A DNA stretch of 64,000 bases from Negaprion brevirostris. Lineage: Eukaryota. Within the stretch, counting starts at the first letter, position 1. Each line of letters begins with the position of its first letter. The position numbers were made by a program, and so were the translations under genes. Positions 12,801 to 25,055 of this stretch are shown piece by piece. Under the pieces are notes generated by a model that was given only the letters and a program-made list of their open reading frames with translations, was not told the origin of the DNA and made no database searches. The stretch is from assembly GCA_030324005.1 (NCBI GenBank), contig JARDVH010000130.1, forward strand, positions 13,788,129 through 13,852,128, written 5' to 3'.

Positions 12801-13487
12801 CACTGAGCATGCAATGCCTCAGAAGCACTTGGAGTCAGCAAAGAGTTGACTCCTCACTGACCCTTTGGACGGTGGGAAGGGAGACCCCACAATCCCAAAC
12901 ATCTGGCCATGACTTTGTGTGTGGGACATGCCACAGAAGATTGATCTGTAATTATGTAAATTGCCTTGCCATATTTCCTTGACACACTGAACTTTTTTCC
13001 ATCGCCATCTGTAAACTCTTGCCCTGCTATATCACTCACTAAATTACCACCATCAAGCTAACGGTTCAGTGAGGAGTATAGACAGGCTTGTCAGGAGCAG
13101 CACTATGTGTAGCTAAAAATAAGTTGCCAATACAGTCAAGCTATTACATAGGACGACATGCATCCCAAACATAGGAAGCTGGAAGCCAGAAATAGCACTA
13201 AGGAATTACACAAAAAACAGATAAGCTCAAAGCTTTNNNNNNNNNNNNNNNNNNNNNNNNNNNNNNNNNNNNNNNNNNNNNNNNNNNNNNNNNNNNNNNN
13301 NNNNNNNNNNNNNNNNNNNNNNNNNNNNNNNNNNNNAGCTTTGCAGAGCTACCGCACCCAGTCATGAATGATGGGGGACAATTAAACATGCAAGTGGGTC
13401 ATGTAGTGGTAAATACATTTGTGTACTGTGATACAGTCTGTCCTTCAACATATATAGGAGGCGGAGTATTTAACTGGCCAGCTGTGG

Positions 13488-13833
13488 CTGCACGATGGCA
13501 CTGTTGTTAGCACTGCTACCTCACAGCTCCAATCTGAATTCTCGACTCAGGTGACTGTCTGCGTGGAGTTTGCATGTTATCCCCGTCTCTGCGTGGGTTT
13601 CCTCTGGGTGCTCTGGTTTCCTCCCAAAATCCAAAGATATACAAGTTAAGTGGATTGGCCATGCTAAATTGTCCCGTGGTTTCCCAAGATGTGTAGGCTA
13701 GATGGATAAGCCATGGAATATGTGTGGGGTTACGGCTATAGGGCAGGGTAGTGAGCCTACGGAAGATATTCTGTCAGTTGGTGCAGACTTGTTGGGCTGA
13801 ATGGCCTCCTTCTGCACTGCAGGAATTCTATGA
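13488..13833 (+). mobile_element. HE1-like V-SINE, CR1-type tail
   Basis: Head, V-domain, tail gggctgaatggcctccttctgcactgcaggaattctatg. Confidence 0.9.
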
Positions 13834-14215
13834 TAATTCCTAACGTAAGCAAGCATATAACCGGAAAAGACTGGTTTACATTTGATTTATGTGTATGCAC
13901 CAATTACGTGTGTGGAAAAGGGCATCGACATCATGAGAACGTTTGGGGTTTCCTGACACTCTTGAGGTGTCACTAGGCATTGTGTGTCTTGAAAAGTTTG
14001 GAAAACCCTGCAGTAACTTCGCTGCAGTGTTATTGTAAGCCTGCTTGTGACTAAGTAAACTTCAAATGTCAAAAAACTTTAGAATCTCAATGTGCAAAAC
14101 ATAATAATTCAGATGGCTGCCTCAACAATAAGGTGGTAAGGATGAGCAGATTAAGTATCGTTCTGTTATTTTTACAAATACAATTCATGTCTTCAAATTG
14201 CCTCTGACAATGTTT

Positions 14216-14372
14216 ACCATTGGAGAGCTGCGCCATTGGAGAGCTGCGCCTATGCATGGAACAGTTGAGTCAACTGGCTTGTTTCTGCTTCATGAGGACG
14301 TCCAAGTCTCCGCCTCTGCAGAAACCCTGAGCCCACAATGCTGGCCCATCACAGAACGTGAGGAGTTACACT
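14216..14372 (-). repeat. Inverted repeat arm B (partner 12615-12771)
   Basis: accattggagagctgcgccattggagagctgcgcc..gaacgtgaggagttacact. Confidence 0.95.
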
Positions 14373-14583
14373 AAGCCACTCTCCAGCTCTATCACTTGCC
14401 CACCAACCCTACAGCCAGAGAGCCAAATGAGAAAGTGGTGAAAGTACTTCAGAACTGTATTTAAATTCAAAACACCAAAAACAAGGAAAAGTATGAACTT
14501 CTGCCACGGTCACTTTAAATACAAAAACAATGTATTTTCCGTGCACCAAATGATCTACTACTACTACTAATATAATTGGCAAG

Positions 14584-14880
14584 AGGGTGGCACAGTGGTT
14601 ACACTGCTACTTCAGAGCGCCAGGGACCCAGGTTCAATTCCTGGCTTGGATCACTGTCTGAGTGGAATTTGCACATTCTCCCCATGTCTGCATGGGTTTT
14701 CCACTGGGTGCTCCGGTTTCTTCCCACAGTCTGAAAGATGTGCCGGTTAAGGGCATTGGCCATGCTAAATTCCCACTCATTGCACCCAAATAAGTGCCAG
14801 AGTATGGCGACTGGGGGATTTTCACAGTAACTCAATGTAAGCCTACTTGCAATACTAATAAATAAACTTTAAACTTTAAA
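14584..14880 (+). mobile_element. V-SINE, Rex1-like tail subfamily
   Basis: Head, V-domain, tail ggcgactgggggattttcacagtaac..gtaagcctacttg..taataaataaactttaaact. Confidence 0.9.
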
Positions 14881-15250
14881 AGTCAGGCAGGGATTTGAGC
14901 TGTCGATGAAAAAAACTAGTGAGTGGAAAATGACTCAAGTGAAAACAAGCAAGTGGATTATATTTTGTAGTCTATTGGAACTGCTTCCACCAGCTGCCTG
15001 TGTTCTGCCCACCTAATTCTGGAAAGAATCTCAAATGCCAGCCATATGGTCAGCAAGTGTTCAACTCTATAAATGAAGCAGATATTACTTACATGCAGAA
15101 ATGGCACTTTAAAAGCAGTTGAATGTGTCTGCTACCAAAAATGATGCAAACATTAGCATTGCCAATTGGGGTCTTGTTAAAGTTAGGTCAAGATAATAAA
15201 TTTTGGTAAAACCACATCCAATTTGTATATAAATATTAAACCTAATAATC

Positions 15251-15575
15251 TGGCACAGTAGCACAGTGGTTAGCGCTGCTGCTTCACAGCTCCAGGGACC
15301 TGGGTTCGATTCCCGCCTTGGGTCACTGTCTGTGTGGAGTTTGNNNNNNNNNNNNNNNNNNNNNNNNNNNNNNNNNNNNNNNNNNNNNNNNNNNNNNNNN
15401 NNNNNNNNNNNNNNNNNNNNNNNNNNNNNNNNNNNNNNNNNNNNNNNNNNNNNNNNNNNNNNNNNNNNGAGGGATTAGCAGGTAAAAAATGTGGGGATAT
15501 GGGGGTAGGGCCTGGGTGGGATTGTGGTCGGTGCAGACTCGAAGGGCCTCTTTCTGCGCTGTAGGTTTTCTATGA
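15251..15575 (+). mobile_element. HE1-like V-SINE, partly N-masked
   Basis: ggttcgattccc B-box; CR1-type tail. Confidence 0.85.
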
Positions 15576-15677
15576 CTTTATAAAACAAACTTTTTTGCTC
15601 TTGGGCTCCTGCAGAAAGTTCTTTCATGTCATCACAGGGTCTACAATTTGGTTAAAAAAATCAACTCCGTTAATCAG

Positions 15678-16304
15678 TGGCTGGGAATTTCTGCTCCCAT
15701 TCACATTGAGCAGATTCTGCGACAGGAGCGAAAAATATTGCAAAAATTGCAGTCGCATTTTACATCAGGGTGAATTCCTCGACAGTGACAGGGCGCAAGT
15801 CCCAACGGTGAATATCGGGAATATCATTCTAATAAATTACCATATAATTATCAGGCCGCTACGCCGGTATCATCCTAACCACCAAACCCGGAAATCCATC
15901 CTTGGCAGCATGATGGCGTGAGTCATGGCTGGTTTCCCAAAGTGAGCAGGGGAGCTCAGCTGAGTGTAACCCACAAGGAGGTGGGGTAGAGGGGCATGCC
16001 TCGACACTACCCAGGTAGTAGGCTGGCATTCTCTGGCAGTGCCAGAGAGTGATCAAACTGAACTGGATTGCTCTTTCTTTGCTGGAGATAGTCTTTAAAA
16101 TGGTGCTCCCATTCTTGGCTGTCTAAATTGGTGATGGGATGGACAAATGAGAAGCCTCTCCGTTAACGATATGTCATAGAACCCATGAGTTTAAATTTTT
16201 TTTCTAAGTACTGCACGATACGGCAGAAAACACCGTCATTGCCATTGGCGACATCAGTGCCACTTCTGCTGCCCACCGTCGACTTTTGGCAAAATCTCAT
16301 CCCA
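15678..16304. mobile_element. TIR-bounded MITE / non-autonomous DNA transposon
   Basis: Left end ggctgggaatttctgc, right end ggcaaaatctcatccc; interior resembles 38276-39179. Confidence 0.6.
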
Positions 16305-16481
16305 TGTCTAAGCAGTCACTTAGAGATTCCGACAGACCTCAAAGATTGCGAACATTTCTAAAGGTTCCTTTCCTGTCCAGGGGACGCTGGATAGCTCAGA
16401 ATTTCCTTTGCTGGCATTCGTACCCTGCAGATATCCCAGGAGATGTGTTGGGGGATCATACCCCCCCCCCCACCCGGGAAG

Positions 16482-16830
16482 TTGATTTAATTTGATTTAT
16501 TGTCATGTGTATTACAGTGAAAAGTATTGTTTCTTGAGCGCTATAAAGACAAAGCATACTGTACATAGGGAAGGAAATGAGAGGGTGCAGAATGTAGTGT
16601 TACAGTCAGAGCTAGCACGTAGAGAAAGATCAACTTAATGCGGAATAGGTCCATTCAAAAGTCTGACAGCAGCAGGGAAGAAGCTATTTTTGAGTCAGCT
16701 GGTGTGAACTCAAAACTTTTGTATCTTTTTCCTGACAGGAAGGTGAAAGAGAGTATGTCCGGGATGCGTGGAGTCCTTGATTTTGCTGTCTGCTTTTCCA
16801 AGGTAGTAGGGAATGGTTCCCATGAAAGGA
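16482..16830 (-). mobile_element. Rex1/Babar LINE 3' end
   Basis: Colinear with 58720-59080. Confidence 0.85.
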
Positions 16831-17625
16831 CCGCTCTGGGATGACCAATAGTCCTGCACTGGACACCATTTGATACATGATTCTGACTCTATTTAGTAGG
16901 ACAGTTATCTAGGGAAAAAGGTTTGAAGAATAAAATCACTTCTAACTCTTGGCTCACCATGGTACTGACAGCAACATCCTCAATGGACCCTCCGACTACC
17001 CTTCCATCCTCACCAATCAATCCATACCCCCAACNNNNNNNNNNNNNNNNNNNNNNNNNNNNNNNNNNNNNNNNNNNNNCCCCCCCCCCCCCCACCCAAA
17101 ACTTCCCACCAGAACCCTGCCCCAACCACCCTGGTCATCTTCCCACTATCCCAAGCACCCAACTACTCTCCCATCTCCCTCCTACCTCTCCTGGACATTG
17201 AGAAAGAACAGTTGAAAAGATGTCTTGGGGAGTTTCCTTAATGCAGAGATGGTTGTTAGCAAGCTGGAGAAAACCAGATGAATAATTTGAAAGAATAACA
17301 AACATGAACAACCGACTATGGAGTGATGGATCACAGTCATGGGTCACAAAGATAATTTGATATTAGAGAAAAGAAAGGTACATATAGGAATATAAAATAG
17401 GAGATCAAAGATGGAATGAATAACACTACTGAGTAATTAGAAAACAAGCCTTTTGAAGTAAATTTCACAGGGCCTGTGGAGATGGAAACAGTGGGCAAAT
17501 GAGCTTACGAAAAGCAAATGTGTGAATACTTCAGATTAGGTGAAGATTGTAGTGGATTAAGACAAGAAGGCTAAGTAGACAAAGCAATCCTTTCAGTGGC
17601 AAAAGCATGAACTATGATTTAGGTG

Positions 17626-18358
17626 TGTGATTATAGTGAGCTATTGCTATGGATATATATCGTGTTATGTTTAAGGGGACTATTTTAAAGTTCAATATTT
17701 TTCATCAGGATGTCAGTATATCTGGAGGAAATGCAACTAAGACGCTGAGAAAACAGGATAATTATTCATGTGAGCTAATGTAATGTCTACTTAGCAGAGA
17801 GTGAACGGACTTTTGTTTACAAAAATATAAAGATCCCCTGAGAAGCTTAGATTGACATGGTCATGTGATAATGAGGTTGATGGCAGGAAGTAGGTATATA
17901 GCAGAAAGAAAACAGTTTTGGAATTCTGGATGGGATTTGTTTAAAAACAGAGATCTGCAAGTTGCGCTCTCCACAAAATCTCTCAAACCTTCAAGGCTGA
18001 CTATACCCATTATAGCAAGTATATTTATCAATGCCAACTGCATTTAAAGTGGTTTTTGGGTCTGCATTAAAAATGATGTTTATCTGGAACTGAAGCAGCG
18101 ATAAATTGGAAATTAGAGTTGTTTCTTTTTATTTTTAAGTACTGTTCAACAGGTGATAGTTAAGGTGTTTCTTTGTTGGAGCTATAGATAACTGGGTTAT
18201 TAAATAAAGTTTGTTTTGCTATAAAAGATCCCTAATTTGCCAGCAGAATTACTCCTGGAGCGAAGCATCCTGTCTCATATTTATGTCAAAACAGAAAAAT
18301 TGGTGGGTCTAGTCTGCCTTCCTAAAGTACTCTGGAATTCTGGTCCAGGGCCCAAACA
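17626..18358 (+). mobile_element. Putative solo LTR
   Basis: TG...CA ends (tgtgatt / caaaca), AATAAA at ~18203, possible 4-bp TSD ggtg/gatg with one mismatch. Confidence 0.5.
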
Positions 18359-18959
18359 GATGACAGAGAAGAAACGGACAATAGTGAAAAAGTGAAAAGA
18401 TACTGTCTTAGGAATTGAGCAGATATTGGGGAGGAAGCTCTCCTGATGGACCATTGATACTTGGGGGTATTACACACCTTTCAAATCAGTCTGGAGTATA
18501 GCCAGTAAGTCTGTGATGTCAAGGCCAAATTGAAATGATAGATTGCCTTAGGATTTCCCAGTGCCACACTGGAGGAATATTTGACTCACCATTTTCTTAA
18601 TGTCAGCTGGAAAGTTTAGTATCAGCATATTTATTGATGGAGGAGTCAGAAAAGTAGTGCTAGGTTACATCGTCCTCCCTGAAGCAGCTGGCCATTTGCT
18701 TCTGGAGATTATCAAGCAATAGCGGATAGATAGGAGAGAACCAGAGGTTAATCCCTGATATACACTGGGAGGTGACTATGTTGTCAGAAGAGCAGAAACC
18801 ATTGAAGATGGTGCAATGCCTGCATTGTAGAAGAAAAACTAGGGCAGAGCTCTGCCACAGAGGTAGTCAGCAGACAGAGTGTGGAATAATATTGAATTAT
18901 CAAAGGTACTGAAGGTGGAAGAGAGATCAAAGAAGATGAAGGAGGCAGCACCAGGCGTA

Positions 18960-19915
18960 CCTAAAACTGAGACGTCAACCTGGTGAAGCTACAACACAGG
19001 ATTCATTGCATGCCAAACAGTTAAAGTAGCATGTGATAGGCTGAGCTTTGTACTCTGCAATGAATGGATCAGACCTGAGCCCTAAGGTCTTATCACATCC
19101 AATCGTAAATGGTGGTGGACAATTAAGTACCTTATTAGAGGATAAGGTTCCACAAATATCCCCTCCTAAATGATGGGGGGAGCCCAAGCACATCAGTGCA
19201 AAGCCAAGGCTCAAGCATTTGCAACTATTGTCATCTCAGATCATCGCCTTCTGATGCGACCAACATCTCAGATTCTTCAGCCAATTCAATTCACTCCACG
19301 TGATATCAAGAAATTGCTGAAGGCACCAGATAACTGGGCATTGACAAAATCCTGTTGATAGAACTGAAGGCTTGTACTCCAGAACTAGCTGTGCCCTGAG
19401 GTAAGCTGTTCCAGTACAGCAATAACACTGCCATCAACCCAGCTTTGTGGAAAGTTGCCCAGATATGTCCTACTCATAAAAAAGCAGGACAAATCCAAAC
19501 TGGCACAGTGGTGGAAGAGGTCAATCGACAGCACCATCAAGCAGCACTTGCTTATTAATAACCTGCTCACTGATGCTTAGTTTGGTTCCTGCCTGGTACA
19601 CTCATCGCCTAGCATCATTCTAGATTTAGTTCAAACATGGATAAAAGAGCTGAACTCAAGAGATGAGATAAGAGTGACTGCATTTGACATCAAGGCCACA
19701 TTTGGTTGAGTGTGGCATCAAGAAACACTGGCAAAAATCCTGTCAATAAGAATCTGACAATAAGACTGTCAATAAAAATCAAAGGGAAATCTCTCCATTG
19801 TTTAGACTCATGCCTGGCGCAAAGGAAAATGGTTAAGGTGGTTGGAGATCAATCATCTCAGTTTCAGGACATTACTGCAAGAGTTCCTCAGGGGAGTCTC
19901 CTAGGCCCAACAATG
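18960..19915 (+). mobile_element. Degraded CR1/L2-group LINE RT region
   Basis: FDIKATFG*VWH (cf. DIKAAFDRVWH), RKMVKVVGDQSS and VPQGSLLGP motifs. Confidence 0.8.
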
Positions 19916-20271
19916 GATGTTTTTTTATCAAAGCTATTGGTGGTATTGGCCTCCTTGCATATTTTGCTGAAGAAATATTTCACTAGTCTTGGAAGGCACC
20001 CCAAGAGGAGGCTTTCAATAAAGTAAAGTAATCGTTGCATTTCTTCAACCCACCTAAAGAACTGATATTGACCCGGTATTGATGCAGTGCTGTCTCGTGA
20101 GATAGATAGGTTACTAGAGTATATGTGAAGTACCCCTCTCAGAGGCCGAGAAAGGTTACTCAAAAATCAAGGAGGTAAGACCATCAATAGTCTTTGGCGT
20201 CAAGAGATGTCGCCGGTAATTACATCATTTCTGACTACAAACCACTCTTGGGCCTCTTCAAAGAGGACAAA

Positions 20272-20588
20272 GCGGCACGGTGGCACAGTGGTTAGCACTG
20301 CTGGCTCACAGCGCCAGGGACCCAGATTCGATTCCTGGCTTGACTCACTGTTTGTGCGGAGTTTGCACATTCTCCCCATGTGTGGGCTTCCTCCTGATGC
20401 TCCGGTTTTCTCCCACAGCCCAAAAATATATAGGTTTGGTGTATTGGCCATGTTAAATTGCCCTTCATTGTCGGGGGACTAGCTGAGGTAAATGCATGGG
20501 GTTATGGGGATAGGGCCTGGGTGAGATTGTGGTTGGTGCAGACTCAGTGGGACGAATGGCCTCCATCTGCAGTGTAGGGATTCTATGA
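20272..20588 (+). mobile_element. HE1-like V-SINE, CR1-type tail
   Basis: gcggcacggtggcacagtggttagcactgctg..gtagggattctatg. Confidence 0.9.
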
Positions 20589-20981
20589 AAGCCTTCCTAC
20601 CAATCATTTCATCAAGAATTCAACAATGGGTGTTAATTCTGTCTGCCTAAGAATATACTTTCAAACAGCAAACACACATAGCAAATGCTGATACTCTTAA
20701 CTGCCTGCCCCCACATGTATTCCAGTACCACAAGAAATCATTATGGCAATAAATTGTTTAACAACAGATTGCCAGTCTTAATGAAGCAGTCCATGAATTG
20801 AACCAATCAAGATCCAATTCTGTTCAAAGTAACAGAGAAAATACTGAGAGGATGGATAAATGAGCCACTTTCTGAGGGACACAAGAATCAATTGAGTTGT
20901 CAGGATGAGATCATAATCTGGAGTAAGAGGAGTTGTTCCTGTATCAGGCAGAGCCCGAGCTGCTCCTAACTGAATTACAGT

Positions 20982-21248
20982 TAAAGTTAATTTATTAGTC
21001 ATAAGTAGGTTTACATTGTCATTGCAATGAAGTTGTTGTGAAAATCACAACACTCCGGTGCCTGTTTGGGTACATTGAGGGAGAATTCGGCATAGCCAAT
21101 CCACCTAACATCTTTGGACAGTGGGAGGAAACTGGAGCCCCTGGAGGAAACCCACACAGGCACGGGGAGAACGCGCAAACTCCAACAGGCAGTGACCCAA
21201 GCCGGGAATCGAACCTGGGTTTCTCGCACTGTAAGACAGCAATACTCA
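20982..21248 (-). mobile_element. V-SINE, Rex1-like tail subfamily
   Basis: aagttaatttattagtcataagtaggtttacatt..tgtgaaaatc..ggaatcgaacctggg. Confidence 0.9.
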
Positions 21249-21257
21249 TCCTGGCCT

Positions 21258-22110
21258 CTCAAAGGCGAAGATGCTTGCCAGGAGTTGTTTGGCGGCCTCG
21301 TTTTGATGTTGATATCAAGAAGCTAGTCAAGCACGGTCAACAGTGCCCAACTCTAACAAAGGTTGTCTACTACAGCCCCACTGCACCCTTGGGAATGGCC
21401 TGCCTGAGTATGGGTATGAATCCATATCAGTTAGGTTGACCCATTCCGGAGCACAATGTTTTCACTCACTCATGATTGGTGTACATTCTAACTGGATAGA
21501 CATTTTTGAGGTGAAGTCATCTGCAGCACATGCTATCTTTGAAAAATTATGCCAATGTTTTTCAACACTGATTACCTGAAGTTCTGGTATGAGGTAATGG
21601 AACCGTATTCACAAGTGCCGAGTTTAAAAACTTCACCACTCTCAACCATATTAAACAATTAGAACTGCACCATACCAGCCAGCATCAAAGGAATTAGCTG
21701 AGATAGCTACCCAAACTTTCAAGTCTGGCCTAAAGACACTGTCAGGAGGAACCTTGGAGAGCAAAATCTCACAATTCCTCCTGAGCTATCAACCCACTCC
21801 ACATGGAGCAACAGGAGTTCCACAAGCAGGACTGCTAATGAGACACCATCTCAGAATGAAACTGAGCTTCAATGTTTCCAAATCTGCCAGGGAGAGTGAA
21901 AGCTAGCCAAAGTCATCAGAAAGCAAGCCATGATTCACAAAGCACAGCATCAATATTTATGGTAAATGAAGCTATATACAATGAGGAACTTCAGTAGTGG
22001 ATCAATTTGGATCCCGGAATTATTTTCTCCCAAGACTGGATCCCTTTCCTAGCAAGTGGACGTGGGGGGGATGCATCATTCATAAACATGAGGACCACTT
22101 TTGGAGTAGA
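21258..22110 (+). mobile_element. Degenerate Gypsy integrase (K02A2.6/Mag-type)
   Basis: VWRPRFDVDIKKLVKHGQQC, LHPWEWP, HSNWIDIF, PEVLV..NGTVFTSAEFKNF, RTAPYQPASKELAE..QTFK, FLLSYQPTPHGATGV across frameshifts. Confidence 0.88.
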
Positions 22111-22947
22111 GAAATCCTCCAGTAGTTATTCAATACTGCCGTCAAGAAATGTTTTCCAACCCGTAGGAACTGAAGTGCCTGATTGACCTGTTATCGACGT
22201 AACTGATGTCTCTGTGGAAGCAAATAGTGATGGATTGCCTGTGCCAGTAGAGGTTCCCATTATTGCAGTTCCTGTTAATGTCAATCCTGTGGAAGCATCT
22301 AAGATAACATAATTGTGCCACTTTACAAGGAACAGAATACCCCCTCAAAGACTCCATTTATAATTGTCCTACTCATGTACTTGGTGATTCATCACTGTTT
22401 ACTTCCACAGGGACATCAGTTATGTTGATGTAAGTGGCAAGAATGTAACTGCAAAGTGGGACGTGTCAGAAAGCTTTTCTCACATGATAGAATACGTACA
22501 AGAACTAAAGACAACTGTCTGCAAATACAATAATTCAAGACAGTAAAAAAAAGAGGCAAAAAGGAGGCACAACAGAGGTTTTTCTGAATGAACAGACAAC
22601 TCATCCCTGGTATATGGTGAATGAATACTCTGATGTAGTAATCTTCTTGAAGTTTTTCCTCCACCTTCACAACAGAAACTCACGGTGACTATGGGATCAT
22701 TTTGATTTAATTTTACTGCATTGGTGGTAATTTGGCGAAGTTGATCATCCATTTATTACGTAACCCATGATTTTTTTATTCTATGGATTTTGGTGAAATG
22801 AAAACAGGGTCCACCCAACACTGATGAGGGGAAGGACACTTTACCATCTTGTCACCCATGTAATGAAGGAAAAATGGTTCCGTCTTTCGCCAAAGCAAAG
22901 ATTTTGTTGTACCATTAGCGAATGACGACAGCTTTTAGTCATCAACC

Positions 22948-23815
22948 TTATCTACACTTGTTATAATCTTATACACCTCCATTAAATCTCCCTTCGCCTT
23001 CCATTGCTCCAAGGAGNNNNNNNNNNNNNNNNNNNNNNNNNCTTTGTAGCCAAATTTCCTCAGCCCTAAAACCATTCCAGTAAATCTCTATTGGAAGGAC
23101 TTTTATATCCCTCCTGAAACAGCCAGAACTGGATACAATTCTCCAATTGTGGCCAAACTAGTGCTTTATAAAAAGGTTCATTGTGGCTCCCCTGCTTTTG
23201 TACTCAGTACCTCTATCTATGAAGCCCAAGGTCCTACGTCCTGCCACCTTCAAATATCTATGCGCATGAATCTTCAGGTCCCTTTGTCCCTGCACACTTT
23301 TTACAACTGGGCCATTAAGAGGATATTGCCTCTCTACATTCCATTTTCTAAAATGCATCACCTTTGATAAATTCCATCTGCCACTCATCTGCGCATTCTG
23401 CTGGCCTGTCTATAATTTGTTGCAGTCGATTAGTATAATCATCACAGTTTGCTACACCTTCAAGTCTGATATCAACACAAATTTTGAAATTTTATTCTGT
23501 ATTCCACGGTATATAAAAAAAAAACAGGTTCCTTGCACTAACCCCTGGGGCACACCATTTTCCATCATTCCCCAGTTTGAAAAACAACCATTTACCATAA
23601 CCCACAATTTTCTGTGCTCAGGGCAATTTTCAAACCAATGCTGTTACTCCGATTCAATTATATTGGTAACCAGCCTTTTATGTGGCACTTTTCCAAACAC
23701 TTCCCTAAAATCCATATAGACAACATTCACTGGAATCCATTCACCAACCTTCGATGTTACTTCAATTAAAAAATTCAGTTAGATTAGTCAAAAATGGTTT
23801 TCCTTTTACAAATCC
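22948..23815 (-). mobile_element. Old CR1 LINE RT / 3' fragment
   Basis: Reverse complement of VYMDFREVFGKVPHKRL and VPQGLVQG motifs; KVMHFRK..DLKIHAHRYLKV. Confidence 0.75.
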
Positions 23816-23861
23816 ACATTGGCCGTGCTTATGAAGCAGAGTACGAGATGGAGGGAAGTTG

Positions 23862-24144
23862 TTTCAAAATAAGGGGAAGCAGATTTAGGACTGAGTTGAG
23901 GAGGAACTCCTTCACACAAAGGGTTGTGAATCTGTGGAATTCCCTGCCCAGTGAAGCAGATGAGGCTACCTCATTGAACGTCGATAAAGTTTTGAACAGT
24001 AAAGGAATTAAGGGTTATGATGAACGGATGGGTAGGTGGAGCTGAGTCCACAAAAAGATCAGCCATGATCTTATAGAATGGCAAAGCAGGTTCGAGGGGC
24101 CAGGTGGCCTACTCCTGCTCCTAGTTCTTATGTTCTTATGTTCT
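23862..24144 (+). mobile_element. Younger CR1 3' end (same subfamily as 43515-44668)
   Basis: KIRGSRFRTELRRNSFTQRVVNLWNSLP; tail ggcctactcctgctcctagttcttatgttcttatg. Confidence 0.9.
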
Positions 24145-25055
24145 TGCCAGCACAAATCTCTCCAAGTGCCTGTTAATTTTTCACTGATTATTGTTTTTCA
24201 AAGCACTGATGTTAAACTGACCAGCTTATAGTTATGAAGAATGTGGTTACATCCTTTCTTGAACAAGGGTGTCACATTTGCCACCACAACTATTGGATGT
24301 CATATTTGATCTGCTGGAATTGTTCTGAATCTCTCAAGTTTAGCAGGTCACAAAACACAATGGAGGGTAAGATGGGAATTCATCTCTACAGGACTGCGGA
24401 CTGGTCACCCCTACACATGTCACTGGGGACAACTGCATCTACAACAAATTACATTGGTGTCATATCACTCCAAATTATGGTTCACCGACTGGGACGTTAT
24501 CTGAGAACCCACCTTAGTTCACTGTCAATGACCAGGAATTTAAACATCTGATTGTTCACTTTGAGCCTTAGCTGAATGTCTAACCAGAGCGTCTTGACTC
24601 AACTGTGAAGCATTTTGTAAACATCCCCTTTGGCTCCATTACAAACACCATGTCCGATGGCAACATAAAAAACACAGCTTCAGTTCAGAATTTTCAATTA
24701 CTTGGGATTTTGCAGTGTACACCGGCGAATGTAGTGTCATGAAAACTCTAATCACAGAAAATGGTTCATATTTATGGACTAAGAACATTCTGGAAGAATT
24801 TGAGATTTGAAAGACACTGCTCCTTAAAGGGTTAATGATTGCTGCTCCAGGACGGGGGGAACCATTTTACAAAAAAAGATAATTAGGCAGTTTTAAATAA
24901 GTTGGAATCCTCTTAACCCTGGTGGACTTTGTACAAAAGGGATCACATGATAATTTGTGGCTTTGAAAAAGAAACATGCCTGCAAAACTGTGTCTAAAAG
25001 TTGATCTTAGTTTTACTGAGGAAATGGAGGACCAACTGCTTGTATAAAGAAGCCA

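Noticed and set aside
22620-22920. NUMT hypothesis for the TGA-interrupted frames
   Set aside because: Reading TGA as Trp gives no recognisable mitochondrial protein, and other stops remain.
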